A stretch of 64,000 nucleotides of DNA from Amphiscolops sp. MND2022 (Eukaryota). Positions 26,654 through 36,610 of this stretch are shown piece after piece. The translations under genes were made by a program, and so were the position numbers. The first letter of the stretch is position 1; each line of letters starts with the position of its first letter. The DNA is taken from NCBI GenBank assembly GCA_964187785.1, contig OZ076413.1:45138001-45202000 (forward strand), given 5' to 3'. The notes under the pieces are model-generated. The model was not told the DNA's origin. It worked only from the letters and a program-made list of their open reading frames with translations, and did no database searches.

Positions 26654-26936
26654 GACTGATTTGGCGTGATAAGTAGGGGGGCCGCGCAGAGGCGAGGCAA
26701 CAGGACAAAACTGAAAAACAAGTCACAGTTGGAGATAAAACATCACATAAACGGGTGGGCAGTCAAACTGTTTAGGACGAACACACAAACACAAGGTTAA
26801 AAAGTTTCTAGTGGTTATTACTAAAATTTGCGCTTATCGGCGCGGCGTTGTTAAAATTTTAAAGTGCTCCGAAATTACGAAAGGCAATGCAAAAGGCCAG
26901 TGGCCTGATCTGCTAAGGAGAGAGCGAGACGTGTTC

Positions 26937-29900
26937 TTAACTATCGCCAAGATTGGCTGAGGTTACCGATGCTATCGAGACATAGACGCGATCGTGCAAG
27001 ATTATTGCAATATTATGGTCTGCAAAGTGGTCGCGTAGCGTGGCGTACCAGGCTGGTAGGAGGTTCATCGATCGCTCGGGATCATAGATGGGCAAGTGGA
27101 TTCTGGTTATGTGGTTTCGATGGAGCTGGGTTATCAAATTCGTCAAACACGCATGGAGTATTTCATGTAAGAGTGGATGCTTGTTCGATGCTCTGGTACA
27201 TAGAAGGAAGATTTCGTTATTCCAGGGTACAGTTGGCGAGCGGACTAAGCGAATTGCGGTGCCAACTGACGGTCTCAGGCGAAATATGTTTTCTTGACCG
27301 TATTCGCGAATAACATAACGGATCGTGGCAGAGTAAGAGAGCAAATCCGCAGGGCAGCATAGTATCACAGTGCCAGGTGCCTGCAGGATATCTGTATTGT
27401 CATAAGTTATCCAAGGTAGGTAATTTGGTCTGGTTTTGGGCTGGGTTATGAGCCATTTGCCGGTGGTATTGCTCCGATCATCAGTGGGTTGGGGTGCTAA
27501 ATGCTGCAAGATTGCTTTTCGGTCTTCCCAGACGGTTCGGCGTAGCGGTCTATCTCCCATGTTGGTAGATGACCAATCATGTACTATCGAGAGTGCTTCG
27601 CTAACTGTGACGGGTTTTTCCGGTGTATAAGATTGTCGATCCAAGAAGTGTATCTTCGCCTGTCGGCAGAAGATGACCGCTATTAATTGTAGCCAATGTT
27701 GGCTTAGGAACTTGCCACGATAAATGTCGGCCATGTGGAAACAGAGCGTGTTCTCAGGTTCTGTTACAGTACGCAAGCTTTCTAAGCACATTAATAGAGT
27801 TGTGGGAGATACCAATGTCGTTGCGTCTAGAGAGGTGACGAGTAGCCACCATCCATTGGTGGGCTGGTATATGTCTCCCGGCGGGGAGGCAATGCGATAC
27901 TTCTCCCATAGTTGGTGCGCAGTGATACAGCGAATCATTTCCGGGCTACTATCCTCTTTCGCTAGCTCACCGAACGTTATTGAGGGTGGCAAGGGCGGTA
28001 TGATGGCATGTAGGGTGAATTCTAGACCGCCTCGATGGGGTGGTGTCCATTCCTTGAATCGATAAGTCGGGCAGTCGGAGGGAGATGTCGCGTGCATTGC
28101 TTTGAGCGTTTCTTCCATCGGTGGTATCACTTCTCGTTCCACACTAGTGAAAGTTTTTTCTATCGTGATGATTAAATGGTGTATTAGCGGGGGGGTCTCC
28201 ACTTTTTCTCGCTGAGCTTGTACGGTTAAGATCTCATGTTGTGGGTGACAATGTGTCCTGGCTATCAGGAGATCCCTGGCAGGGACCACCGCTCCCCGGG
28301 CCAATCGGTTGTCCGGTGAATCGCGAGTCAGATGCTTGACGCAACTACAGTTGCGGGAACCACAGGTTCCACACTTGTATCGTGGTGCTCTATTAGCTCG
28401 CAGTTGATATCGTGATGTTTGCGATGATGGTCTCGGTTCTGAATTCTGGACCTCGGGTGGTTGTTGGCTTTCGGGAATTTCTGGTAGAGTCATTGCTCGG
28501 TCTAGCCTTCGAGGGGGTGCACGAGTGCTCATTCTTGTCCTAGGACCTCTTCTGGATCGTGTGGCTTGGGTTCGGGACGATGTCGTGGTTCTACTGGATG
28601 GTATGGTGCGGGGTCGTCCTCGACCTGGTGGTCGGCCTCGGGGCCTTCCTCTACGATTCGTGGTATCGGGTTGTGTTAAGCAATGGCTTGGACTGCGGTA
28701 GGTTATCTCTTCTTCGTCTTCGGTTCGTGACTTAGGTTTAATTTCTATCGGGTCGATTGGGTCCTCCAATTGGGGACCAAACAAGGGAAAGTTACTCAGA
28801 GTATCCGTCAGGGACGGATTGGACAGTAGTGGGGCCGAGGTCCCAGAGGGTGATGGTATCAGACTTGTAGGTACGGCTGGCTGAATTTCTTCCTGGTCGG
28901 AGTACAGTGGTTCTAGGTCGTCCAAGTCGGGGAACACTACTGGCGGTGCTGGGTCCTGGATCGGCGGCTCATTTTCTTCTCTTTCGGAATCTGAGTCAGA
29001 GGGGTATCCGAAGTGGCTGAATCTTCTTCGGGGTATTCCTTGCTCGAGTGCCGTTTGGGTACGTGTCTGAATGGTACGAGGTGGAATTGATCCTGTTGGT
29101 TCCATCTCGAACGATGCTTCCGGAAGTTGTTCCGGTAGGTAAGAGTCTTGAGAGATGTCGGACGCTATCTCCTCATTGCTTTCTTCTACGTACGGATCAG
29201 CAATGATGGCTACGTTTTGATCCGGCCCAAAGGGCTGGTGCGCGGCCCAGTCCCAAGGGGCGGGCACGTGTTTTTTTAATCTTTCGTAATGGACCTTTTG
29301 GCCAGTGTCTAACACATATAATCGTCCGTCCTGCAACACGTCAGTCACCTTGTGGGGTCCACGCCATGCGCGAATCAGCTTGCGGGTGCCACCCTTGGGT
29401 ATGATATGGCAGAATACCCACACCGCGTCGCCCACGGCGTGTGCCTTGGCCTTCAGGTGGCGGTCAAACTTTAGCTTTTGCCGTAGCTGTGCCTGGTGTG
29501 TATTTCGTCTGACAAGTTCATGGATTTCTTGTTGTCTGGCTAGAAGGTGTTCTACAAATTCTTCTTTGGAGTCGAATCCTCGCGCAGCAAATTCTGGGTA
29601 GATGAACGACAAGGGAATGGATTTTTCAGCTCCATGTTGGAGCATATAGGGAGAGAATCCCATGGTTGCGTGTCTAGTTGAATTGTAAGCACCGAGGATT
29701 CCATCTATGTGCTCATCCCAATCCTGCATTCGTCGCGATGTATAGACTCTGAGCAGTGTGAGTAATGTTCGGTTCTGCCTCTCCACAAGTCCATTTCCTC
29801 GTGGGTGCGCTGGTGTGGATGTCACTTTTGTTACCTGCGAAGCTTTCATTAGCTCCTGCGCGATTTCAGCTGTGAAATTGGTGGCATTGTCGGACTGCAT

Positions 29901-32573
29901 GCGTGCTGGAGTGCCGTGTCTGGCAAACCATTTATTAAGGATGATTTTAGCTGTGGTTTGGGCATCATATTCGTCGTGGGCACACGGGACAGCCTCGGCG
30001 AATTTCGTGAAGTGGTCTATCATGACTAAGAGACCGGTGTTTCCCGATTCGGTCTTGCATAGTTTGAGGTGGTCGAATTGTACTAGGTCGTTGAAATTGC
30101 TGCTGTTGATGTTCTGCAAGGGGTAGCAGGGGTTCCCGGCGGGGTGTTTTGTTTGCTGGCAGGTTAAGCAGTGCTTAATGTGATTGACTATGTCACGCTT
30201 GATGCCCGGCCAGGTGTGCCGCTCTTGTACTCTCGCTAGCACCTTCCCTACGCCCTGATGTCCCGATTCGTCGTGCGCCCTATACAAAATCTCGTGTTGG
30301 TATAGTTGGGGCATGACTATCATGCATGGTCGCACGTGCAGCGCACGTTGTTGCGGAACATAGTTGACGCAGAGGATGTCGTCTGGGTTCAGGAAGAGCA
30401 GGTCTTTCTTTTGATGGAAGTAGCGTCGCGCGAAGTCCTGCACGTCTTCGGGGAACAATGTGTCTTCCAGTGGTTCGCCGTTCATGAGTTTCCTCAGCGC
30501 TAGGAGGTGCACGTCCCTATTTTGTGCTAGGCGCAGGTCCTTGAGGCCACGTCTAGTCAGAAAGTGTTCATGCAGCTCTGTCCCAACTGTTCTGAGGGCG
30601 TGGGCTTGTCTTTGGCACTCGGGTGGCATCCCTTCAAGCACAGGATCAGGTTTTCCAGTGTCTAGGCGTGCCGGTGGCACTCCGGTCGTGATGCTGAGGA
30701 TGTGACTCGGTCGGTGATCCTCATCTGTGGTGGGTGTCGCTTCCCACTGTATTTGGGGGTACCACGGGGCATCATTCACCGGGGGTTCTTGCAAGCTCGT
30801 TTTGGGCCTTTTTCCCAAGATATACAGCAGTGGGAGTTGGGCTCGAGCTTCCGGCGGGAGCTCTGGATGGTTTGGTATTGGGCGTCCGTGTTTGTCAAAG
30901 TATGGCACGGTGGGGAGTGCTTCATAGTCCTCTTTGGTCATGAAGTTGAATCCTTCACTCACTTCCGGTAACTTCTCAAGGATTTTCTCTCGGTGCACAT
31001 AGTCGTTGGTCCGTTTGCTGAGGCCGTCCACGTTTCGATGCTGTGTGCGAGGTCGGTGGATCGTCTTGAAGTTATATTGATCCAGACGGGCTATCCAGCG
31101 ACCTATCATGGCTTGGTCCATGGAGTATGTTTTAAGCCACGAGAGGGCCTGGTTGTCCACACGGAGCGTGAACTCTCGGCCTGCGAGATATGAGTGGAAT
31201 TTCTCTATGAAGTAGAATACTGCGTACATTTCTAACTTGGGTGCTCCATAGTTCAGTTGCGTCTTCGTTAAGGATTTGCTCCCGAAGACTATTGGCCTTA
31301 AAATAGTTTTCCCATTGTGTTCTTGTTCCTGGTGTAGGATTCCAGCTATCGCTACCGCACTAGCATCGGTATCGAGCACGAACCGTCCGTCCTCATTTGG
31401 GGCTGCCAAGGCGGTCGCATTCGCTAGTGCCTCCTTTACTGCATCGAAGGCTTCTTGGTGTTTTATTTCCCAGTGGAAATGCTGACTTTTCTTGAGCAAC
31501 TCTTGCAGGGGTTGCACTTTGGCGTCATGAAACGGAACAAAGTCTCGGTAATAGTTTGCGAACCCTAGGAAGCTCTGAAGCTCCTCTTTGTTTCTCGGGG
31601 GCATCCATTCTTGGATTTTGACTATTGCTTCGGGGTCTGGTCTGATGCCTTCCGAGGACACCACTCGCCCCAGGTACTTTGTCTCCGTGCGCATGAAATC
31701 ACATTTCTCGGCACGCATTTTGAATCCAGCCTCTCGGAGACACTCGAATACTTCTTTGATTCGTGCGATGTGGTCTTCTATCGTTTCCGTGGCGATAACG
31801 ATGTCGTCGATGTAGGCCATGACGACACTCCCATGTCGTTGCTGGATCCGTTGTAGTGCTCGTGTAATGGAGCGCTGAAATGTGGCCGATGCATTGCATA
31901 GCCCAAAGGGCATGCGCCGCCATTCGAACAAGCCCAGTTCGCAGGCAAATGCTGTTTTCCTTCTATCGCGCTTCTTTAGCGGTATTTGCCAGAAGGCCCA
32001 TGCTAGATCAATACTTGTGAAAATTTTCGCATTGCCTATCCGGGATAGACTTTCATCAATCCTGGGCAGTGGGAACGCGTCTTTGACCGTTACGTCGTTG
32101 AGCGGTCGGAAGTCGCAACAGAAGCGAAGTTCGCCTGTTTTCTTTTTGACCATGACTATTCCGCTTGCCCATGGTGAATAGGAGGGTTGAATTAGGCCAA
32201 GGGCCAGCAAATTCCGCACCTCTTGATTAGCCTTTGCTGCCTTATCTGGGGACATGCGCCGAGCGCCTTCTCTATGCGGGATAGCTTCCGGCTCTAGTTC
32301 TATACGATGTTTCGCTATTTTGCACCTCCCTATGTCAGCTTTATGTTTCATAAAAAGATCATCGTACTCGCTCAGGACGCTTGCTAGTTGATCTCTCGCT
32401 CCCTCCCCCCATGAAGAAAGGACAGAAGAGAGGTCTGGACCTGGTATAGGTTTTAGTAACTGTGGGTCAGTCAGAGCATGCTTCTCGCTTTCCGGCAATC
32501 CTTCTTCAGATATCTCTGTAGAGGACAAAAAATTTTGAGCAAAAGAACTATATTCGGAACTCGTTTCGTTCAA
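26937..32573 (-). CDS. pol: Element 1 Pol: RT, RNase H, integrase (HHCC, DDE, GPY/F) and C-terminal tandem macrodomains
   Basis: LRFCCDFRPLN, MPFGL, YIDD; FVLDTDAS, VDNQAL; HDESGH..CLTC; QFDH, MQSDN, LVERQN; WRGPHKV; TARG1-like C-terminus. Confidence 0.97.
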   Translation of the reverse strand: MNETSSEYSSFAQNFLSSTEISEEGLPESEKHALTDPQLLKPIPGPDLSSVLSSWGEGARDQLASVLSEYDDLFMKHKADIGRCKIAKHRIELEPEAIPHREGARRMSPDKAAKANQEVRNLLALGLIQPSYSPWASGIVMVKKKTGELRFCCDFRPLNDVTVKDAFPLPRIDESLSRIGNAKIFTSIDLAWAFWQIPLKKRDRRKTAFACELGLFEWRRMPFGLCNASATFQRSITRALQRIQQRHGSVVMAYIDDIVIATETIEDHIARIKEVFECLREAGFKMRAEKCDFMRTETKYLGRVVSSEGIRPDPEAIVKIQEWMPPRNKEELQSFLGFANYYRDFVPFHDAKVQPLQELLKKSQHFHWEIKHQEAFDAVKEALANATALAAPNEDGRFVLDTDASAVAIAGILHQEQEHNGKTILRPIVFGSKSLTKTQLNYGAPKLEMYAVFYFIEKFHSYLAGREFTLRVDNQALSWLKTYSMDQAMIGRWIARLDQYNFKTIHRPRTQHRNVDGLSKRTNDYVHREKILEKLPEVSEGFNFMTKEDYEALPTVPYFDKHGRPIPNHPELPPEARAQLPLLYILGKRPKTSLQEPPVNDAPWYPQIQWEATPTTDEDHRPSHILSITTGVPPARLDTGKPDPVLEGMPPECQRQAHALRTVGTELHEHFLTRRGLKDLRLAQNRDVHLLALRKLMNGEPLEDTLFPEDVQDFARRYFHQKKDLLFLNPDDILCVNYVPQQRALHVRPCMIVMPQLYQHEILYRAHDESGHQGVGKVLARVQERHTWPGIKRDIVNHIKHCLTCQQTKHPAGNPCYPLQNINSSNFNDLVQFDHLKLCKTESGNTGLLVMIDHFTKFAEAVPCAHDEYDAQTTAKIILNKWFARHGTPARMQSDNATNFTAEIAQELMKASQVTKVTSTPAHPRGNGLVERQNRTLLTLLRVYTSRRMQDWDEHIDGILGAYNSTRHATMGFSPYMLQHGAEKSIPLSFIYPEFAARGFDSKEEFVEHLLARQQEIHELVRRNTHQAQLRQKLKFDRHLKAKAHAVGDAVWVFCHIIPKGGTRKLIRAWRGPHKVTDVLQDGRLYVLDTGQKVHYERLKKHVPAPWDWAAHQPFGPDQNVAIIADPYVEESNEEIASDISQDSYLPEQLPEASFEMEPTGSIPPRTIQTRTQTALEQGIPRRRFSHFGYPSDSDSEREENEPPIQDPAPPVVFPDLDDLEPLYSDQEEIQPAVPTSLIPSPSGTSAPLLSNPSLTDTLSNFPLFGPQLEDPIDPIEIKPKSRTEDEEEITYRSPSHCLTQPDTTNRRGRPRGRPPGRGRPRTIPSSRTTTSSRTQATRSRRGPRTRMSTRAPPRRLDRAMTLPEIPESQQPPEVQNSEPRPSSQTSRYQLRANRAPRYKCGTCGSRNCSCVKHLTRDSPDNRLARGAVVPARDLLIARTHCHPQHEILTVQAQREKVETPPLIHHLIITIEKTFTSVEREVIPPMEETLKAMHATSPSDCPTYRFKEWTPPHRGGLEFTLHAIIPPLPPSITFGELAKEDSSPEMIRCITAHQLWEKYRIASPPGDIYQPTNGWWLLVTSLDATTLVSPTTLLMCLESLRTVTEPENTLCFHMADIYRGKFLSQHWLQLIAVIFCRQAKIHFLDRQSYTPEKPVTVSEALSIVHDWSSTNMGDRPLRRTVWEDRKAILQHLAPQPTDDRSNTTGKWLITQPKTRPNYLPWITYDNTDILQAPGTVILCCPADLLSYSATIRYVIREYGQENIFRLRPSVGTAIRLVRSPTVPWNNEIFLLCTRASNKHPLLHEILHACLTNLITQLHRNHITRIHLPIYDPERSMNLLPAWYATLRDHFADHNIAIILHDRVYVSIASVTSANLGDS

Positions 32574-33790
32574 TCACTCATCGGTATTAACTCTATTAAC
32601 TTGTTCAAACAAAGGTTTATCAATTTCGGTTGCCGTATCGGCAGCCACAGGTTGCAACACAAAGTTTGTAGTTTCTGCCTTACCGAGGACAGTTTTGGTT
32701 TGAATGGCTACGTTTTCAGAGGGAGTAGTGTTTCGTACGGCTATGAAGACAATGCCTTCATCTCCCACAGACGTCAATGTATCTTCTGAAACAAAGGGGG
32801 ATTGTTTACGTACCCCCTGGGGGCGAATCATTACGTTTCGGAAAAGGTACTCATTGTGCTTTTGAGAAACAACTTGGGCTCTTACCAGTTTACGCTCATA
32901 AGGGCCTAGGACTACTTTCTCGGTTGATACCACTAGGGATGGCTCATGGTCACTTACCTCATGGACGGGTTTGAAGTGGCGTGGCGCTTTGGGGTCTCGT
33001 ATGGTGACCCTCATGGCCGTCAAGTCCACGAGAACGTTGTAAGTGCGCAAGAAGTTTCTGCCAAGTAAGAAGTCCTCCGCACCTAGGTGATCGGCAATGA
33101 CTATGAAATTGGTTCGAAGTGTATGTCCGCCCAACTGGAAGCTAACATTTTCGGCAATTCCGATGGTGTTGATGGTTTTACCATTGGCGGCATACAGTTG
33201 GATGTCATAAGGTAGGAGGCTCAGGGCGTGGGGTGATGCAATCTTTTGATAGGCCTTGAGGGAGAGAATGGAGACACCGGAACCGGTGTCAATCATTCCG
33301 TACAAGGGTATTGGTTCCTGAATCGTGTTGCCAAAGGCAACCACCAGGGATGCCCGTTCGTCAATGCGAGCCTCCCCCTGGGCATCTTGCACTCCGATGT
33401 TATAACATCGTAACTCCTGGCGGCCCAAGTACAATCCCTGAGGGAAGTGACCTTCTAAGACCACAATAGCGTCAAATTTCATATCTACACCGTCTACGTT
33501 AATGGCTACCGGCACCGGAGAAACGGTTTTGACTTTCTGTATTGGGGCCAGTTTCGTTTCGTCTTCTCTCGCGAAATGCGGGAGCGGTCGCGCGGCGATA
33601 GTATACTTTACGTTTCTGCATAATTCCTCCTTTAGTTGCAATAGCGTCAGCGTGGGTCGCGTTTTTTGTTCGGCCGAGAGAAGCAAGTGTATCGAGATAA
33701 GTGTTTCCGTGCAATCTGGGGCGGGTGCTTCCAGCGTGGTGAGTACTTGTTTCTCGCCACAAGTGACTACTACAGGTCGGAGGGACCCCC
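32574..33790 (-). CDS. pol: Element 1 Pol N-terminal part: degenerate plus intact aspartic protease and dUTPase-like beta domain
   Basis: MIDTGSGVS and FLLGRNFL; same frame as RT, separated by TGA at 32574-32576; frameshifted relative to gag near 33780. Confidence 0.9.
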
Positions 33791-36610
33791 ATCTTCCGCT
33801 ATCGATATTACCCGGACTTGGTCGTCTTGGGTCAGGCCATCGAATTGGCTTGGCAAAGGAGCATACCACGCTGCACGGATTTGTTCTTCGTGACTCATTT
33901 GCTCCGAGGCCATGCATTCTGACGCCGAGTGCTCAGTACGGCCGCAATTAATGCAGAAGGCAACTGTGCCTTGGGTTGGTAGGGATGCTGGGAAAACATC
34001 ATAGTTCAAGCCGTGTGGCTGGGAGGGGCACACCCAACTACCTGTCGGGTTCGTGTGACAGGAGTTCACTTGCTGTTGCACCGGCTTCCGTGCACGGTCT
34101 TTCAGGGGGCAGTCCACCACGAAGTGCGATGGGTCTCCGCAGTTGAAGCACGCCCTTTGGGGTTGCTGTCGATAGGATGCCGGTGGCATGGGTTGTTGTT
34201 GGTATGCTGCTGGTTGGGGAGGCTGTTGTTGTTGCATTTTTTGGGCAGGCGCGGGTGCTACCGGAGACTGATTAGGATGTTGGATGTTGGCTTGTTGTTG
34301 TGGAGGGGGCATCATTGGGTAGTTGTCCGAGCGAGTGGAGCCACGCATGCGTAAGTATTGTTGTACCGTGAAGCGGAGGGCTTCCACTGTTGGCGGAGTC
34401 TCCACGTATTGTTCCGGTGCATACATTAGCGCGAGGTTCCTTTTTAGTTCGAAGTTGCGTACTCCCTCAATGAATCTTTGCATGATTTCGTATCGACGAA
34501 CTGTCACCTCTTCATTGGGGTAACCCTGACTACGCAAGCCTTCGAGGGCGTCAAGGTATTGCATGTAGTCCTCCTCGCTATTCTGGTTGCGGGTTCTAAA
34601 TTGCTGTTGGATGTGGATCTTGCTGGAGCCTGTCCCGAAGCGCCGCGCCAGCAATGCGAATACTTTTTCGTCCGTGTCTCTCTCGGCTTCGGACTTATTC
34701 GTGATGTAATCTCTGGCTTCATGCTCTAGATACTCAATTATTGTCCATGCTCTATCGAGGGGGGTCGCCTTCGGGTGTGCCTTTTCCAAGTGGCGTTTCA
34801 TCAACATCATCCATCCATCTGCGTTTCCGTCTCGGGTTCCTCTATATTTCGTGGGCTTGTTTTTAGATTCCTTGGCGGCGAGCAGCGGCTCCAAGCCTTT
34901 AGACATGGCCGTGGATATTGCTTCTGCTAGTGCTTGTCGTTGGGTAGTTCTCGGTGTGTCCGGGGCTTCTTCTGCTATCGAGGGCATTTCTTCAATGTCG
35001 CTATGTTCGCCTTTGCCTTGTTCTAGATTCCGCTTGGTCGTCACCTTACGCTGCGTACTGGTGGCCACTGGCCGCGGAACGAAGTCTCTGAACGTCTGTG
35101 TTCGCGCAGGTGGGCGGAATGCTGCGCTGGAATCGGCCGTATAGTAGCTGGTCCTGCGGGTGTTGGTTTCGTCGGCGGCGGAATGAAAGTCGCCCGAGGT
35201 TGATGTCCCGCGAGCGTACTGGTCAAACGACGGCGGGTCAGTCATTGGGTCCGTACCGGCGTCTCGTGACTCCGCGTGGGTTACTTTAGCCATCTTGCTG
35301 GCTTTAGACAGGTCACGCCTGTACGTCGCGGGTGGCACTAGTTTTGGAGGCCTAGGAGGCTCCACAGTGTGCTGTGCTACCGTTCTATATTGAGGTTGGG
35401 GGGCTTCGCTTGTAGATGGCATTTCGGTCTGTTGATATTTTTGGGGAATCCGCGGCGCTGTTTGTGCTTGCTGCGCGGGGGTTTGTGACACAATTGCTTT
35501 CACTCCCAATGTTAAATCTTGCATTGCCATCATCAAGTCCGCCATGCGGACATTGGAGTCTATGTCGCGGCGCTGCATCGTGTTTGTCATTGCTTTCATG
35601 CGTTCGTCTGCTTGGCGGTCTCTTTCTCTCATTATTGCGGACATCTCGGCCATGCGGGCGTCCGCAATAGTTTCTCTCTGTTTAATCAGATCATTGAGAG
35701 ATGTCATGGATGCCTCCAGTCGACCCTGATTTTGTCGCCCTTCCGCTTGCATTTCCAGTAGACCTTTTCGTAGCTCGTCCATGTCCCTCATTATCATGTC
35801 GGCGCGCATCTCATGTTCGCTGTTTTCCCTCGCCAGCCTCGTCTGGACTTGAGCTAGCTGAGCCAGACTACTCTGAAAGTCTTCTCGAACCGTTTGCATT
35901 TCCTTCCTTGCTTTGGTTATTGTCGAGTCAAGATTGGTGTCGGCGCTAGCTTGAGATTCTGGCGTATGAGACGTTCGACTTGCATTCGCATAGTTAATCT
36001 TTGGTGTCACTGAGGGTGGTGTTCGAAAAACGTATCTTAACGGATTCTCTGTTATGCTTGTCTTCGAGTTCTCCACTGGCCCGTTCGACGTTTTTGTCGG
36101 TCCTTCCGGTAGCGCATATCCGCTTCGAAAGGGATTCCCGCCTACGCTATTGATCATCTTCTGGGAACCCGGGGGGTTCCTTTCGACATCCGCCGTCCGT
36201 GGGTCCGCCCGTGGAGTCATTGGAGTGTCATTTTGTTCGTTGGGAGTATCAACAATGCTGGGCTCACTGGTGGGCCCTTGGTTAGAGTTTGGCCAATTCT
36301 CCAAGCTGTAGTCAGTGACTCCCAGCGGAGGCCATGCGTTTCTTTGCGTAGTGTTCTCAGTATTATCCGGTAGATTGGTGCTATCGGGGGAGGCCCGCGA
36401 GGAGTTAGGCTGGCTAGTGGCAACAGCTATTTCCGCGTGTTGCTCCTGGCTCGGTACGAAGTCAGACATAGCTTCTGAAAATACGGCTGCTATGGCTGAA
36501 TCTAATCTACATTCGTTTTGTTCGGTTGTGGCTTCCGTTCTTCTTCTGAAAGGGTTGGTAGCATGGAAGTCGCTTATGGTGGCATTAGTCTCGCGTCGTT
36601 CCATGGCCAC
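33770..36610 (-). CDS. gag: Element 1 Gag (946 aa) with long N-terminal extension, capsid-like domain and two CCHC knuckles
   Basis: KPTKYRG..ADGWMMLMKRHL capsid-like region; CFNCGDPSHFVVDC and CINCGRTEHSASEC. Confidence 0.93.
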   Translation of the reverse strand: MAMERRETNATISDFHATNPFRRRTEATTEQNECRLDSAIAAVFSEAMSDFVPSQEQHAEIAVATSQPNSSRASPDSTNLPDNTENTTQRNAWPPLGVTDYSLENWPNSNQGPTSEPSIVDTPNEQNDTPMTPRADPRTADVERNPPGSQKMINSVGGNPFRSGYALPEGPTKTSNGPVENSKTSITENPLRYVFRTPPSVTPKINYANASRTSHTPESQASADTNLDSTITKARKEMQTVREDFQSSLAQLAQVQTRLARENSEHEMRADMIMRDMDELRKGLLEMQAEGRQNQGRLEASMTSLNDLIKQRETIADARMAEMSAIMRERDRQADERMKAMTNTMQRRDIDSNVRMADLMMAMQDLTLGVKAIVSQTPAQQAQTAPRIPQKYQQTEMPSTSEAPQPQYRTVAQHTVEPPRPPKLVPPATYRRDLSKASKMAKVTHAESRDAGTDPMTDPPSFDQYARGTSTSGDFHSAADETNTRRTSYYTADSSAAFRPPARTQTFRDFVPRPVATSTQRKVTTKRNLEQGKGEHSDIEEMPSIAEEAPDTPRTTQRQALAEAISTAMSKGLEPLLAAKESKNKPTKYRGTRDGNADGWMMLMKRHLEKAHPKATPLDRAWTIIEYLEHEARDYITNKSEAERDTDEKVFALLARRFGTGSSKIHIQQQFRTRNQNSEEDYMQYLDALEGLRSQGYPNEEVTVRRYEIMQRFIEGVRNFELKRNLALMYAPEQYVETPPTVEALRFTVQQYLRMRGSTRSDNYPMMPPPQQQANIQHPNQSPVAPAPAQKMQQQQPPQPAAYQQQPMPPASYRQQPQRACFNCGDPSHFVVDCPLKDRARKPVQQQVNSCHTNPTGSWVCPSQPHGLNYDVFPASLPTQGTVAFCINCGRTEHSASECMASEQMSHEEQIRAAWYAPLPSQFDGLTQDDQVRVISIAEDGGPSDL

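Noticed and set aside
33770..33800. Programmed -1 gag/pol frameshift in element 1
   Set aside because: No canonical XXXYYYZ heptamer; adding one C restores PSRPVVVTC and element 2 is in frame here
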